DNA from: Candidatus Magasanikiibacteriota bacterium
GTDB taxonomy: Bacteria > Patescibacteriota > Patescibacteriia > Magasanikbacterales > UBA922
DNA length: 64,000 bases
NCBI GenBank assembly: GCA_016193335.1
Contig: JACPSK010000001.1
Location: 343,424-407,423, forward strand
Direction: 5' to 3'
How positions within the stretch are numbered: position 1 is the stretch's first letter; every line of letters starts with the position of its first letter. The notes below the pieces were generated by a model. That model saw only the letters and a list, made by a program, of their open reading frames with translations. It did not search any database and was not told the origin of the DNA. This document shows positions 1-9,769 of this stretch, in pieces. A program made the translations under genes and the position numbers.

Positions 1-64
1 GACATTTTGGTGCTTTTGGGTGATGACTTCCCTGAAGAATAAACAAGGAGTATAATCCCATCCT

Positions 65-1477
65 ATGCCAAGTCCGTCAAAATTGCATACAGACAATCTG
101 CCTGTTATCGTACTTCTGGGACGCGCCAATGTCGGTAAATCGACCTTGTTTAATACACTCGCGGAAGAGCACAAGGCTCTCGTTTCAAGCGTGGCAGGGA
201 CCACCAGAACAAACAATGAAGCCGATCTGCTATGGCGGGGTATGTATGTGCATCTTATAGACACCGGCGGTCAAGACGCTCTTGAAAATGAACCTTTTGC
301 CAAAGGCATCATAGAGCAAGCTGAGCAGGCCATCAAACGCGCAGACATTATGGTACTTGTGGTAGACGCCCAAGATGGATTACTGCCCCAAGAGAGAGAG
401 CTCGCCAGGTCCATGCAAAAACTATCAAAAAAACAAGGCGCCGAATTGTTTCTGGTCGCCAACAAAGTTGACAACCACCGTGTTGAAAAAAAGGTAGAGG
501 AGGAAAATTGGCAGAACTTGGGCATTGGAGACCCCCTGATGGTTTCCGCGGTGAGCGGCAGAGGCGTCGGTGATTTTCTTGATCATGCGTACAAGCTCAT
601 GAAGAATCGGGAAACACAGCCAAAAAATAAAATAGAACTGCCAAGAGACGACACCATTTCAGTGAGTTTAATCGGCAAACCGAACGTGGGCAAATCTTCA
701 TTATTCAACAAACTTATAGGCCAAGACAAAGTTCTGGTAAGCGATCTGGCGCATACCACCAGAGAACCGCACGATACTTTGGTGGAATATACAGAAGAGG
801 ACGAACAAGCTACCCCTCGTACATGGTTCATCAAGTTTGTAGACACGGCCGGCATACGCAGAAAAGCCAAAGTTTCAGGTTTGCTTGAGAGAGAAGGCAT
901 ACAAAAAAGTATCGAGACCGTAGAGAAATCAGATATCATTCTTCTTGTTCTCGACGGAAGTGAACCCATATCGTCCCAAGATCTACAGCTTGGGGGTCTT
1001 GTGATACGGAGAAACAAAAGCGTTATTATCGTGGTAAATAAATGGGACCTGGCGGCCGAGACAAACGACGCGGAGCGCAAAAAAGTAACGAACATGGTGA
1101 GGTCTTATTTCCCTCATCTCGATTTTGCCCCTATCATGTTTAGCAGCGGAAAAACCGGCTATCGAATTCACAAACTGTTTCCCCTTCTCATAGAAGTGGC
1201 GCAGGCCCGCAAAACGGTTATCAGCAATCACGCCGTGGAGGCCTTCATGGAGCGCATCACGCATGCCCACAAACCGTCCCGAGGCAAAGGCACGAGACAG
1301 CCAAAATTGCTCGGCTTTAAACAAGTACACGCCAATCCCCCCATATTCGAATTGTTTATAAAACATGGGACTTCTTTGCATCGATCATACCTCAATTTCA
1401 TTGAAAGGAAATTGAGGGAAGAACATAACTTTATCGGAGCTCCTATCGTGATAAAAATGACAAAGATCAAAAAATAA
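65..1477 (+). CDS. der: Ribosome biogenesis GTPase Der/EngA
   Basis: Two tandem G domains (GRANVGKS/DTGG/NKVD and GKPNVGKS/DTAG/NKWD) plus a KH-like C-terminus. Confidence 0.97.
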   Translation: MPSPSKLHTDNLPVIVLLGRANVGKSTLFNTLAEEHKALVSSVAGTTRTNNEADLLWRGMYVHLIDTGGQDALENEPFAKGIIEQAEQAIKRADIMVLVVDAQDGLLPQERELARSMQKLSKKQGAELFLVANKVDNHRVEKKVEEENWQNLGIGDPLMVSAVSGRGVGDFLDHAYKLMKNRETQPKNKIELPRDDTISVSLIGKPNVGKSSLFNKLIGQDKVLVSDLAHTTREPHDTLVEYTEEDEQATPRTWFIKFVDTAGIRRKAKVSGLLEREGIQKSIETVEKSDIILLVLDGSEPISSQDLQLGGLVIRRNKSVIIVVNKWDLAAETNDAERKKVTNMVRSYFPHLDFAPIMFSSGKTGYRIHKLFPLLIEVAQARKTVISNHAVEAFMERITHAHKPSRGKGTRQPKLLGFKQVHANPPIFELFIKHGTSLHRSYLNFIERKLREEHNFIGAPIVIKMTKIKK

Positions 1478-1506
1478 AACCGTTGTAACATCATCCCAAA
1501 CGACCT

Positions 1507-2070
1507 ATGAAACTAGTCATCGGTCTCGGAAATCCGGGCAAACAATACATCAAAACGCGACACAACGCCGGTTTTATATTCCTTGATGCGCTTCATGACA
1601 GCCTGCTCAAAACACAGAGCGTCTCCCGATGGGAATTAAGCAAAAAATTCAACGCCGAAATCGCCGAAGGCACTTTTAAGGGACAAAAAATAATACTCGC
1701 CAAACCAATGACCTTCATGAATTTATCAGGACAAACAGCCCAATTAATAAGTCACTACTACAAACTGAAACCGGCAGATACCATAGTGGCGCATGACGAC
1801 AAAGACCTTAAGCTTGGAGACTGCAAAATACAAACCGATAAAGGGCACGCCGGCCATAATGGCGTGCGTTCGATTATAGAACATCTCGGGACCAAGTCGA
1901 TCACCAGAATTCGCTTGGGCATAGCTCCGGAGAATCCCAAAAAAATTAGAGACAGCTCTGTTTTCGTTTTGTCAAAGTTCGCTCTATTGGAAAAAAAACC
2001 ATTCCAGAGTATGATCAAAAAAGCTGTAGAGCTCAGCTTCGGTTTGCTCCAAGACCAGGCTCATAAATGA
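1507..2070 (+). CDS. pth: Peptidyl-tRNA hydrolase
   Basis: GLGNPG..Y..TRHNAG, KPMTFMNLSG, HDD and GHNG motifs. Confidence 0.97.
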   Translation: MKLVIGLGNPGKQYIKTRHNAGFIFLDALHDSLLKTQSVSRWELSKKFNAEIAEGTFKGQKIILAKPMTFMNLSGQTAQLISHYYKLKPADTIVAHDDKDLKLGDCKIQTDKGHAGHNGVRSIIEHLGTKSITRIRLGIAPENPKKIRDSSVFVLSKFALLEKKPFQSMIKKAVELSFGLLQDQAHK

Positions 2071-2110
2071 ATCGTCTTTTAGGAAAGACATATTTTAAAA
2101 AAAATTAATC

Positions 2111-2141
2111 AAAACCCTGTACCTTGGTATCAGGGTTTTTT
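2111..2141 (+). terminator. Intrinsic terminator after pth, possibly bidirectional
   Basis: aaaaccctg...cagggtttttt hairpin with T-tract. Confidence 0.7.
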
Positions 2142-2242
2142 AATCCCGACCAAAATTCGCTCTCGGTCTCTCTTATTAAGGAGAAAGGACACATGAGACC
2201 AATTATCTTCCTGACAGGGATTTTATTTTGATTCAAACACAC

Positions 2243-3328
2243 ATGAAAAAAGAAATTCTCTTGTCTTACTTCCCCAAAATATCCTACAAGCGCTACCAAG
2301 ATATTCTCCATTCTTTCCCCAATCTGGAACAAAGCTGGGGAGCGCCTCTCGAGGAACATCTGAAACGTTTAATATGGCCGACAGAAACTGTTTTGGAATT
2401 TTATTACTGGAAACAAAAATTGGAACCAGCCAAAATAGAAGCAACACTCAAGAAAGAAAACATTTACTGCGTAAGCATAGCTGATCCTCTTTATCCCACA
2501 CTTTTAAAACACATACCGGATCCGCCGGTCTGCTTGTTTTCCAAAGGGGATCTTCATATCCAGGCTCCGCCTTTGGCTGTGGTTGGAACACGAAAAAACA
2601 GCAACTACGGCGCCAGGATCACCAAGACCTTGCTTGGAGAACTTTTCAAGGAATATCGTATAACGCTCATAAGCGGCTTGGCTTTTGGCATAGACAGCAT
2701 AGCCCACCAGGTAGCACTCGACACAAAGCAGAAAACCATTGCCGTATTAGGTTCCGGAATAGACCCCAAGAGTTTATACCCAAAAGCCCAAGCAGGCCTT
2801 GCCGAAAATATCTTGCGAAACGAAGGCGCGGTAATCTCTGAATGTCCTCCCGGCACAGAAGCAAGTTTGTTTTCTTTTCCAAAAAGAAATCGTATCATAG
2901 CAGGGATGAGTTTGGGAACGCTGGTAATAGAGGCAGGGAAAAAATCAGGCGCGCTCATTACCGCAGACTGCGCTTTGGAATACAACAGAGAAGTCTTTGC
3001 TGTACCGCAAAACATAGATTCGCCCTCTGCCTGCGGGGTAAATGGATTGATAAAAAAAGGCGCCGTTCCCATACTTTCTGCCGAAGATCTGGCTGAGGCG
3101 CTGAATTTGCGCAAATCCACTCAATATGATAACAATCATAAGGATACCGGTTGTTCTCTCATGGAAAAACAAGTGCTGGAGCTTATCTCCCATGAACCAA
3201 CGCATATAGACCAAATTATACGCCAATCAGACGAAACGAGAGGAAACATAAACGCCGCTCTTAGCATCCTCGAAATCAATGGCCTCATCCGCAACGTCGG
3301 TTCTATGATGTATGAACTCGCCTCTTAG
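2243..3328 (+). CDS. dprA: DNA-processing protein DprA
   Basis: AVVGTR, ISGLAFGID, FPKRNRIIAG, EAGKKSGALIT motifs; C-terminal winged helix; ATG at 2243 chosen. Confidence 0.95.
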   Translation: MKKEILLSYFPKISYKRYQDILHSFPNLEQSWGAPLEEHLKRLIWPTETVLEFYYWKQKLEPAKIEATLKKENIYCVSIADPLYPTLLKHIPDPPVCLFSKGDLHIQAPPLAVVGTRKNSNYGARITKTLLGELFKEYRITLISGLAFGIDSIAHQVALDTKQKTIAVLGSGIDPKSLYPKAQAGLAENILRNEGAVISECPPGTEASLFSFPKRNRIIAGMSLGTLVIEAGKKSGALITADCALEYNREVFAVPQNIDSPSACGVNGLIKKGAVPILSAEDLAEALNLRKSTQYDNNHKDTGCSLMEKQVLELISHEPTHIDQIIRQSDETRGNINAALSILEINGLIRNVGSMMYELAS

Positions 3329-3341
3329 GCCTAAAAATAAT

Positions 3342-4031
3342 ATGAAACAAAAAACAATTCTTATCACCGGGGCGGCAAAACATTTGGGCGCTCACCTGGC
3401 AAAAACTCTAGGAAAACAAAGCGCCTATCGTCTCGTGCTCCACTATCACAAAAGCGCGGACGCGATCAAAAAAGTGGCCAAGCAAAGCAATGCAGTAGGA
3501 TATTATCAAGCCGATCTCACTCAATTGGATCAAGTAAAAACAATGTTCTCGAAAATAGGCCGGGTGGATATTTTGATCAACACGGTCGGCAACTTCATAT
3601 ACAAACCGCTCAAAGAAACAGGCGCGGAAGAATTGAAAGCAATCATGGAAAACAATCTTCTCTCGGCATGGTATTGCATAAAAGAAGCGCTACCCGGGAT
3701 GCGCAAGCGTAGATTCGGACGCATTATCAACTTCGGCTCAGTAGGATGCGATCAAATCACCGTACGACCTCTCACCACTCCTTATTATATGGCCAAAAGC
3801 TCGCTACTTATGCTTAGCAAATCCCTAGCCAGAGAAGAAACCAAAAATGGCATAAGCATAAATATGATTTCCCCCGGGGTCTTGGCGCATGGTGTTTTGA
3901 ACAATACAAAAGATGTACCCACCATACCGTTTGAATCAGTCGGGAGAACTGTGTTATTCTTACTTGATGAAAAAAATGCTCACCTCAGCGGAGCCCATAT
4001 CGAAGTCAGCGCCGGATGGAGACCGGAGTGA
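3342..4031 (+). CDS. SDR oxidoreductase, FolM/pteridine reductase-like
   Basis: ITGAAKHLG nucleotide-binding motif, YYMAK catalytic motif, directly upstream of folC. Confidence 0.75.
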   Translation: MKQKTILITGAAKHLGAHLAKTLGKQSAYRLVLHYHKSADAIKKVAKQSNAVGYYQADLTQLDQVKTMFSKIGRVDILINTVGNFIYKPLKETGAEELKAIMENNLLSAWYCIKEALPGMRKRRFGRIINFGSVGCDQITVRPLTTPYYMAKSSLLMLSKSLAREETKNGISINMISPGVLAHGVLNNTKDVPTIPFESVGRTVLFLLDEKNAHLSGAHIEVSAGWRPE

Positions 4032-4083
4032 ATCCGAATCTATTCCAGCCATAAAGCCCGGCATAAGCTGGGCTTCAAACATT

Positions 4084-5388
4084 ATGACATACGTCCAGGC
4101 CGAACAATACCTATATTCGCTTTCCAATCTTCCACGCGCGGAATACATGAATGATCCGAAAGCCTGCAAAAATTATCTCAAACGCACGCAATCGCTCCTT
4201 AACATATTAGGCAATCCGGAATTATCCACCCCCCATTACGTCCATGTGGCCGGGACGAGCGGCAAAGGATCTCTGTGTCATTTTCTTCACAATATAATGC
4301 GCGCGAACGGCCGCAAAAGCGGTCTCTATGTCACACCGCATCCGACAGAGCTCAACGAACGTTGGCAGATCGGAGGCCGGCACATGTCAAAACAGACTTT
4401 TGCAGATCTCAGCAAAATCATGGAAGCCGCGCTCGATATCTACGTCCAAACAATATCAGAAGACCTGCCCTCATTTTTTGAAGTCACCACAACCATGGGC
4501 TTGTACTGGTTCGCTCGTGAAAAGGTGGAATGGGTCATTTTCGAAACAGGTTGTGGCGGACGCTATGATTCCACCAATGTGATACCCTACAAAGACGCGG
4601 CAGTCATCACCAATATTGGCCTGGATCACACCGACATATTGGGAACTAATTTAACTGAAATCGCCAAAGAAAAAGCCGGCATCATCCGCAAAACCAAGCT
4701 TGTCATAACCCAAGAGCAAAATCCGCGACTCCTAAAAATCATCCAAGAAGCATCAGGAAAAAATAAATTCATCCATTCAAAACCTCAATATGAACTATAC
4801 GAGCATAGTATATACGGCAGCGAATTCGCATACAGAGGAACGCATTATCGTATAAAGGCAGCCGGTGGACACCAGATAAAAAACGCCATTCTCGCGATAG
4901 AAACGGCAGAAGCCCTCGGGATAAAAAATCAAGATATCAAACGCGGTCTTGGCCAGACGCGATTTCCCATACGCATGGAGCCGATATCAAAAAATCCCCT
5001 CATCATACTGGATTCCGCTCATAATCCCGACAAGATGAAGACTACCGTAGAGACCATGCTTTCTCTCTTTGATCCAAAACGAAATAATATACATCTCTTG
5101 TTGGGTTTTTCTGAGAATAAACCAGTAAACCAAATGCTCGGTGAACTTGCCCTTTTAAAACCCAAACAAATAACAGCCACCCGTAATTCTTGCCATGCTT
5201 TTCGAAAAGTGGCAGACCCGCGCTCTGTAGCGAAACTATTGAAATTTTACGCACCTAAAATTAAAATAGACATCTTTCTCGAGCCTTTCAAAGCGCTTGA
5301 ACACGCGAAGTCAAAGCTCAAAAAGTCTGATATCTTGCTCATCACCGGCTCAGTATTTCTAAGCGGTCAACTGCGTCCGCGATTTTGA
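4084..5388 (+). CDS. folC: Folylpolyglutamate synthase/dihydrofolate synthase
   Basis: HVAGTSGKGS, ETGCGGRYDSTN, IGLDHT, EKAGII, DSAHN and TGS motifs. Confidence 0.93.
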   Translation: MTYVQAEQYLYSLSNLPRAEYMNDPKACKNYLKRTQSLLNILGNPELSTPHYVHVAGTSGKGSLCHFLHNIMRANGRKSGLYVTPHPTELNERWQIGGRHMSKQTFADLSKIMEAALDIYVQTISEDLPSFFEVTTTMGLYWFAREKVEWVIFETGCGGRYDSTNVIPYKDAAVITNIGLDHTDILGTNLTEIAKEKAGIIRKTKLVITQEQNPRLLKIIQEASGKNKFIHSKPQYELYEHSIYGSEFAYRGTHYRIKAAGGHQIKNAILAIETAEALGIKNQDIKRGLGQTRFPIRMEPISKNPLIILDSAHNPDKMKTTVETMLSLFDPKRNNIHLLLGFSENKPVNQMLGELALLKPKQITATRNSCHAFRKVADPRSVAKLLKFYAPKIKIDIFLEPFKALEHAKSKLKKSDILLITGSVFLSGQLRPRF

Positions 5389-5395
5389 CTGAAAC

Positions 5396-5424
5396 TTGAC
5401 ATCAGGCTCAATCTTATTTATGCT
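5396..5424 (+). promoter_or_regulatory. Sigma70 promoter of topA, near-leaderless
   Basis: TTGACA-17 nt-TATGCT; ATG 9 nt after the -10; no SD. Confidence 0.75.
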
Positions 5425-5433
5425 GTTGGCCAT

Positions 5434-7734
5434 ATGCCCAAAACCTTGGTGATCGTGGAATCACCCACAAAAGCGAAAACAATTTCAAAATTCCTCGGCT
5501 CAGAATTCTTGGTCGAATCTTCTTTGGGACATATTAGGGATCTGCCAAAAAGTAAAATGGGAGTCAACACCGAAGACGGCAGTTTCGAGCCTCAATATGT
5601 GATACCGCGCGACAAATCAAAGCATGTCAAAAAATTAAAAGAACTGGCCATCAAAAGCAAGGGCGTGATATTCGCGACTGATGAGGACCGAGAAGGGGAA
5701 GCCATCAGCTGGCACCTGGCCGAAGTCTTGGACATCCCCCTCAAGGAAGCCAAAAGAATCGTATTTCACGAAATCACTAAACACGCTATACAAGAAGCCC
5801 TCAAAGAGCCGAGATCCATAAACCAGCCTCTCGTGGATGCTCAGCAGGCCCGCCGCGTTCTGGACCGCTTGGTGGGATATGAACTTTCTCCTTTGTTATG
5901 GAAAAAAATCGCCCGAGGCTTGTCTGCGGGTAGAGTCCAATCGGTGGCCCTGCGCCTTATCGTAGAGAGAGAGCGAGAAATCCGCGCCTTTAAGAGTGAA
6001 GAATTTTGGAGTCTTGAGGGAATTTTTGCTCCCCTGTCTCTGTCTGGAACTTCCGCAAAGGAAGAGGAAAAATTCACAGCGGCTCTATACAGCGTGAAAG
6101 AAAAAAAACTTGATAAATTGGGCCTTCGCCGTGAGGAAGAAGTACAAAACATTATTTCAGATCTTGAAAATTGCGCGTATCATGTCGGGGAAATAGAAAA
6201 AAAGGAAACAAAACGAAACCCCCCTCCCCCCTTCCGGACTTCTACCCTGCAACAACAGGCAAACCAAAAATTCGGCTTTTCCTCAAAACAGACCATGCGT
6301 CTGGCTCAACAATTGTACGAAGGAATAGAACTCGGATCCGAAGGCCATGTCGGACTTATCACCTACATGAGAACCGATTCCACCAATTTGTCTTCAAAAT
6401 TTTTGAATGAAGCCTCTCAATATATCCAAAAAACATACGGGGCTTCATACAGCCTCGAGAGTCCGCGATTCTACAAGTCCACTGCCAAAGGGGCACAAGA
6501 GGCTCACGAAGCCATACGTCCAAGCGAACCCGAGAGAAGTCCGGAATCAATCCGCGCGCATCTTGAACCAAACCAATTCAAATTATATTCCCTTATCTGG
6601 AAAAGGGCCTTGGCCACTCAAATGTCTGAAGCGCGGCTCAATAAAACAAGTGTGGATGTAAAGGCAAAACAGTACCTGTTCAAAGCACATGGGCAGACTA
6701 TGATATTCGACGGCTGGCTCGCTCTGTATCCAGAAGCGATAAAAGAAGAATTACTGCCAGAATTGACTCAGGGAGAAGAGCTACGCTGTCTTGACTTAAA
6801 AAAAGAACAGCATTTTACTCAGCCGCCTGCTCGCTATTCAGACGCCACCTTGGTAAAAATACTCGAAGAGTACGGCATAGGCAGACCTTCCACCTACGCG
6901 CCCACCATATCCACCATAGAAGCCCGCAATTATGTGGAACGAGACGAAAATAAACGTCTCAAACCCCTCGATATAGCGGAAGTGGTAAACGACATGTTGG
7001 TAGAACATTTCCCAAACATAGTGGATTACCATTTTACGGCCCAAATGGAGGAAAATCTGGACGCCATAGCGGAAGGCACAAAACAATGGCGCCCCGTATT
7101 GTCGGACTTTTATAAGCCCTTCCATGAGCATATCGTAGAAAAAACCAAATCACTCTCCAAAGAAGACATGCTACAAGCAAGAGAATTGGGTCAAGATCCT
7201 GTGACAGGAAAACCGATTTACGCCCGCATTGGACGCTTCGGTCCTTTTGTCCAAAAAGGCTCGAAAGAAGACGAAGAGAAACCCACTTTCGCTTCCTTGC
7301 CAAAGGGAGTATCACTGCAGACCGTTACTTTGGAAGAAGCTCTTAAATTTCTAAGCCTGCCAAAAATACTAGGGCAGGATTCTGAAGGAAACGATCTTAC
7401 GGTAGGTATCGGGCGCTTCGGGCCCTATATAAAATGCCAATCTTCTTTTTACTCAATAAAAAATGCGGATCCTTATCATATCAATCTGGAAAATGCTCTG
7501 GAACTTATCCGAGAAAAACGAGAAGAAGAAACAAAAAAAATCATAGCAGTGTTTAAAGAAGAAAATATACAAATTCTAAACGGCAGATATGGCCCCTATG
7601 TGACCGATGGCTTAAAAAACGCCAGAATCCCAAAAGATACAGACCCTCTCTCACTCGGGCTAGATGACTGCAAAAAAATGCTCAGCACTGCCAAAGAGAA
7701 AAGAGGCAGAAGGAAAAAAATCAAAACTTCCTAA
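5434..7734 (+). CDS. topA: DNA topoisomerase I
   Basis: VESPTKAKTI TOPRIM, ATDEDREGE, SAGRVQS, ITYMRTDS active site, C-terminal GRFGP repeats. Confidence 0.98.
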   Translation: MPKTLVIVESPTKAKTISKFLGSEFLVESSLGHIRDLPKSKMGVNTEDGSFEPQYVIPRDKSKHVKKLKELAIKSKGVIFATDEDREGEAISWHLAEVLDIPLKEAKRIVFHEITKHAIQEALKEPRSINQPLVDAQQARRVLDRLVGYELSPLLWKKIARGLSAGRVQSVALRLIVEREREIRAFKSEEFWSLEGIFAPLSLSGTSAKEEEKFTAALYSVKEKKLDKLGLRREEEVQNIISDLENCAYHVGEIEKKETKRNPPPPFRTSTLQQQANQKFGFSSKQTMRLAQQLYEGIELGSEGHVGLITYMRTDSTNLSSKFLNEASQYIQKTYGASYSLESPRFYKSTAKGAQEAHEAIRPSEPERSPESIRAHLEPNQFKLYSLIWKRALATQMSEARLNKTSVDVKAKQYLFKAHGQTMIFDGWLALYPEAIKEELLPELTQGEELRCLDLKKEQHFTQPPARYSDATLVKILEEYGIGRPSTYAPTISTIEARNYVERDENKRLKPLDIAEVVNDMLVEHFPNIVDYHFTAQMEENLDAIAEGTKQWRPVLSDFYKPFHEHIVEKTKSLSKEDMLQARELGQDPVTGKPIYARIGRFGPFVQKGSKEDEEKPTFASLPKGVSLQTVTLEEALKFLSLPKILGQDSEGNDLTVGIGRFGPYIKCQSSFYSIKNADPYHINLENALELIREKREEETKKIIAVFKEENIQILNGRYGPYVTDGLKNARIPKDTDPLSLGLDDCKKMLSTAKEKRGRRKKIKTS

Positions 7735-7747
7735 AGTGAAACCCAAC

Positions 7748-7857
7748 GGCAAAATTCAGGAGTATTATGTTTTTTTATAGGGTTATCTGTCTGAGCCCGG
7801 CCAAAGTCGGGCGAGTAATGACCCTGTAAAAAAACATAATACTCCTGAATTTCTGCC
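7748..7857 (+). repeat. ~110-nt imperfect inverted repeat (long hairpin) 3' of topA
   Basis: 26-bp perfect arms (aaattcaggagtattatgttttttta / taaaaaaacataatactcctgaattt), extended by G-U pairs on +; inner GCCCGGC/GUCGGGC stem. Confidence 0.85.
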
Positions 7858-7860
7858 AAT

Positions 7861-7959
7861 ATAAAAACCCGTGCGCCTTAAACAGCGGACGGATTTTTAT
7901 ATGTGGCAAGGGAGATAACCTCAATGCCTATGGTGATGTTAAGGTCCTCCACTCGCCAC
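7861..7959 (-). ncRNA. Putative small RNA B (~100 nt)
   Basis: Minus-strand promoter TTGCAT-16-(TG)TATACT at 7994-7967; stem GUGGCGAG/CUUGCCAC with G-U pairs only on minus; terminator hairpin with U-tract at 7861-7900. Confidence 0.65.
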
Positions 7960-8028
7960 GAGGAGCAGTATAACAAATGTTTTCGAAAATGCAATACAGG
8001 GGAAACTCTATTTTTTACCTAAAATATA

Positions 8029-8097
8029 AGAAAACCCCGGTCCGAAACGGACTGGGGTTTCCTCTAAGCGTTTAGGCTGTTACCTTAACATCACTGT
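8029..8097 (-). ncRNA. Putative small RNA A (~70 nt)
   Basis: Minus-strand promoter TTGACA-17-(TG)TATAGT at 8131-8103; GC-rich terminator at 8031-8060; no ORF. Confidence 0.65.
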
Positions 8098-8209
8098 GGC
8101 CCACTATAGCATAGTTTATCATATTTGTCAAGGTGGCTAAAACATGATACTTTACCAAAGATAAGATGCCTAAATTAGGTCTAAAATAGAGCCGTAGCGA
8201 GGTCTTTTT

Positions 8210-9709
8210 ATGACAAAAGGAAATAAAAAAAATATAGAGGGTCTCTTAAAAAAAATCAAAGCATACCATCCGGAAGCAGATCTGGACATGGTTCGCCTTG
8301 CTTATGATTTTGCCTTTGAAGCTCACAAAGGACAAATGCGAAAATCCGGAGAGCCATACATAGTACATCCTCTGTCCGCGGCCCATTACTTGGCAGACGT
8401 AAAAATAGACCCCACCATCATCATTGCCACCCTTCTGCACGACGTGCCAGAAGATACTCATGTTACTCTTGACGAAATCAAACAGAACTTCGGAGAAGAA
8501 ATAGCCTCATTAGTCCGCGGAATCACCAAACTCGGCAAACTCAAATATCGAGGCGTGGAGCGTTATATAGAAAACCTGCGCAAAATGTTTGTAGCCATGG
8601 CTGAGGATGTGCGGGTCATGATCATAAAATTCGCGGATCGAATTCACAACCTCAGCACTTTGGCCGCCCTTCCTCCTCAAAAAAGATACAGGATAGCCCT
8701 CGAAAGCTTGGAAATTTACGCCCCGATTGCCAATCGCCTTGGCATGGACGAAATGAGAGGAGAGTTGGAAGATTTGTCTTTTCAATACGTATATCCAAAA
8801 GAATACCAGAGGATAAAAAAAATCAGAGAAGAAAAACTCAAAGGCAAAGAACAGTACTTTAAAAAAATCATTGGAAAAGCCGAACAAGAACTGCAAAAAG
8901 CCAAATTAAAACCCATTTCCATCTACGGAAGAAACAAACGTCTCTACAGTTTATACCAAAAACTATTAAGAAAAGACAACCAAATCGCCAAAATTTACGA
9001 CCTGGTGGCGATACGAATTATCGTGCCCACCGTGGCTGATTGTTACGCTACGCTTGGCATTCTGCACAATCTATGGAAACCGGTGAAAGGCCGTATAAAA
9101 GACTATATATCCCAGCCCAAACCCAATGGCTATCAATCCTTGCACACCACGGTATTTGGAGATGGGGGCGAAGTCATCGAATTTCAAATACGCACTCCGC
9201 AGATGCATGAAGAAGCCGAATACGGAGTATCGGCCCATTGGCACTACGATGAATACGGAGAACGTCTGCCCAAAAAGGAAATAAAATGGGCGCAGGAATT
9301 GGCCGACATTCAAAAAGACATCCTCAACCGTCTATCCGATCTTGAGGAGATGAAAGTGGACTTTCTGCAGACACGCATTTTCGTGTTTACGCCAAAAGGA
9401 GACGTGATAGACCTGCCGGAAGGCGCGAGTCCTGTGGATTTTGCGTACCACATACACACTGAAATCGGCAATAAATGCACAGGCTCTATGATAAACGACA
9501 AATTATTGCCGCTCAGCACTCCTCTCAAAAATGGCGACGTGGTGGATATTGTAACCGACAAAAACAGAAAAGGACCAAGCCAAGATTGGCTTAACTTTGT
9601 AAAAACCCATACTGCCCGCTACCATATTAAAACACAGCTCAAACAACAAGAACGGACAGCTCTTACCAGATGGCTTAAATCAGTATTACCAGGTAAAAAA
9701 AAGGGCTGA
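8210..9709 (+). CDS. rel: RelA/SpoT (p)ppGpp synthetase/hydrolase (HD-SYN-TGS, no ACT domain)
   Basis: RKSGEPYIVHP, LHDVPED, IKFADRIHN, YQSLHT, EFQIRT; TGS domain FVFTPKGD..DFAYHIHT. Confidence 0.95.
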   Translation: MTKGNKKNIEGLLKKIKAYHPEADLDMVRLAYDFAFEAHKGQMRKSGEPYIVHPLSAAHYLADVKIDPTIIIATLLHDVPEDTHVTLDEIKQNFGEEIASLVRGITKLGKLKYRGVERYIENLRKMFVAMAEDVRVMIIKFADRIHNLSTLAALPPQKRYRIALESLEIYAPIANRLGMDEMRGELEDLSFQYVYPKEYQRIKKIREEKLKGKEQYFKKIIGKAEQELQKAKLKPISIYGRNKRLYSLYQKLLRKDNQIAKIYDLVAIRIIVPTVADCYATLGILHNLWKPVKGRIKDYISQPKPNGYQSLHTTVFGDGGEVIEFQIRTPQMHEEAEYGVSAHWHYDEYGERLPKKEIKWAQELADIQKDILNRLSDLEEMKVDFLQTRIFVFTPKGDVIDLPEGASPVDFAYHIHTEIGNKCTGSMINDKLLPLSTPLKNGDVVDIVTDKNRKGPSQDWLNFVKTHTARYHIKTQLKQQERTALTRWLKSVLPGKKKG

Positions 9710-9769
9710 CACAAAAGGGCCAGACCCGGGCTTCACATATTCTGCGATATCAAACAGCACCAAAATGTT

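Noticed and set aside
7924-8022. Plus-strand 32-aa ORF MPMVMLRSSTRHEEQ.. with upstream GGAG
   Set aside because: It runs through the minus-strand promoter, has no plus-strand promoter, and G-U pairing favours the minus-strand RNA; not fully excluded.
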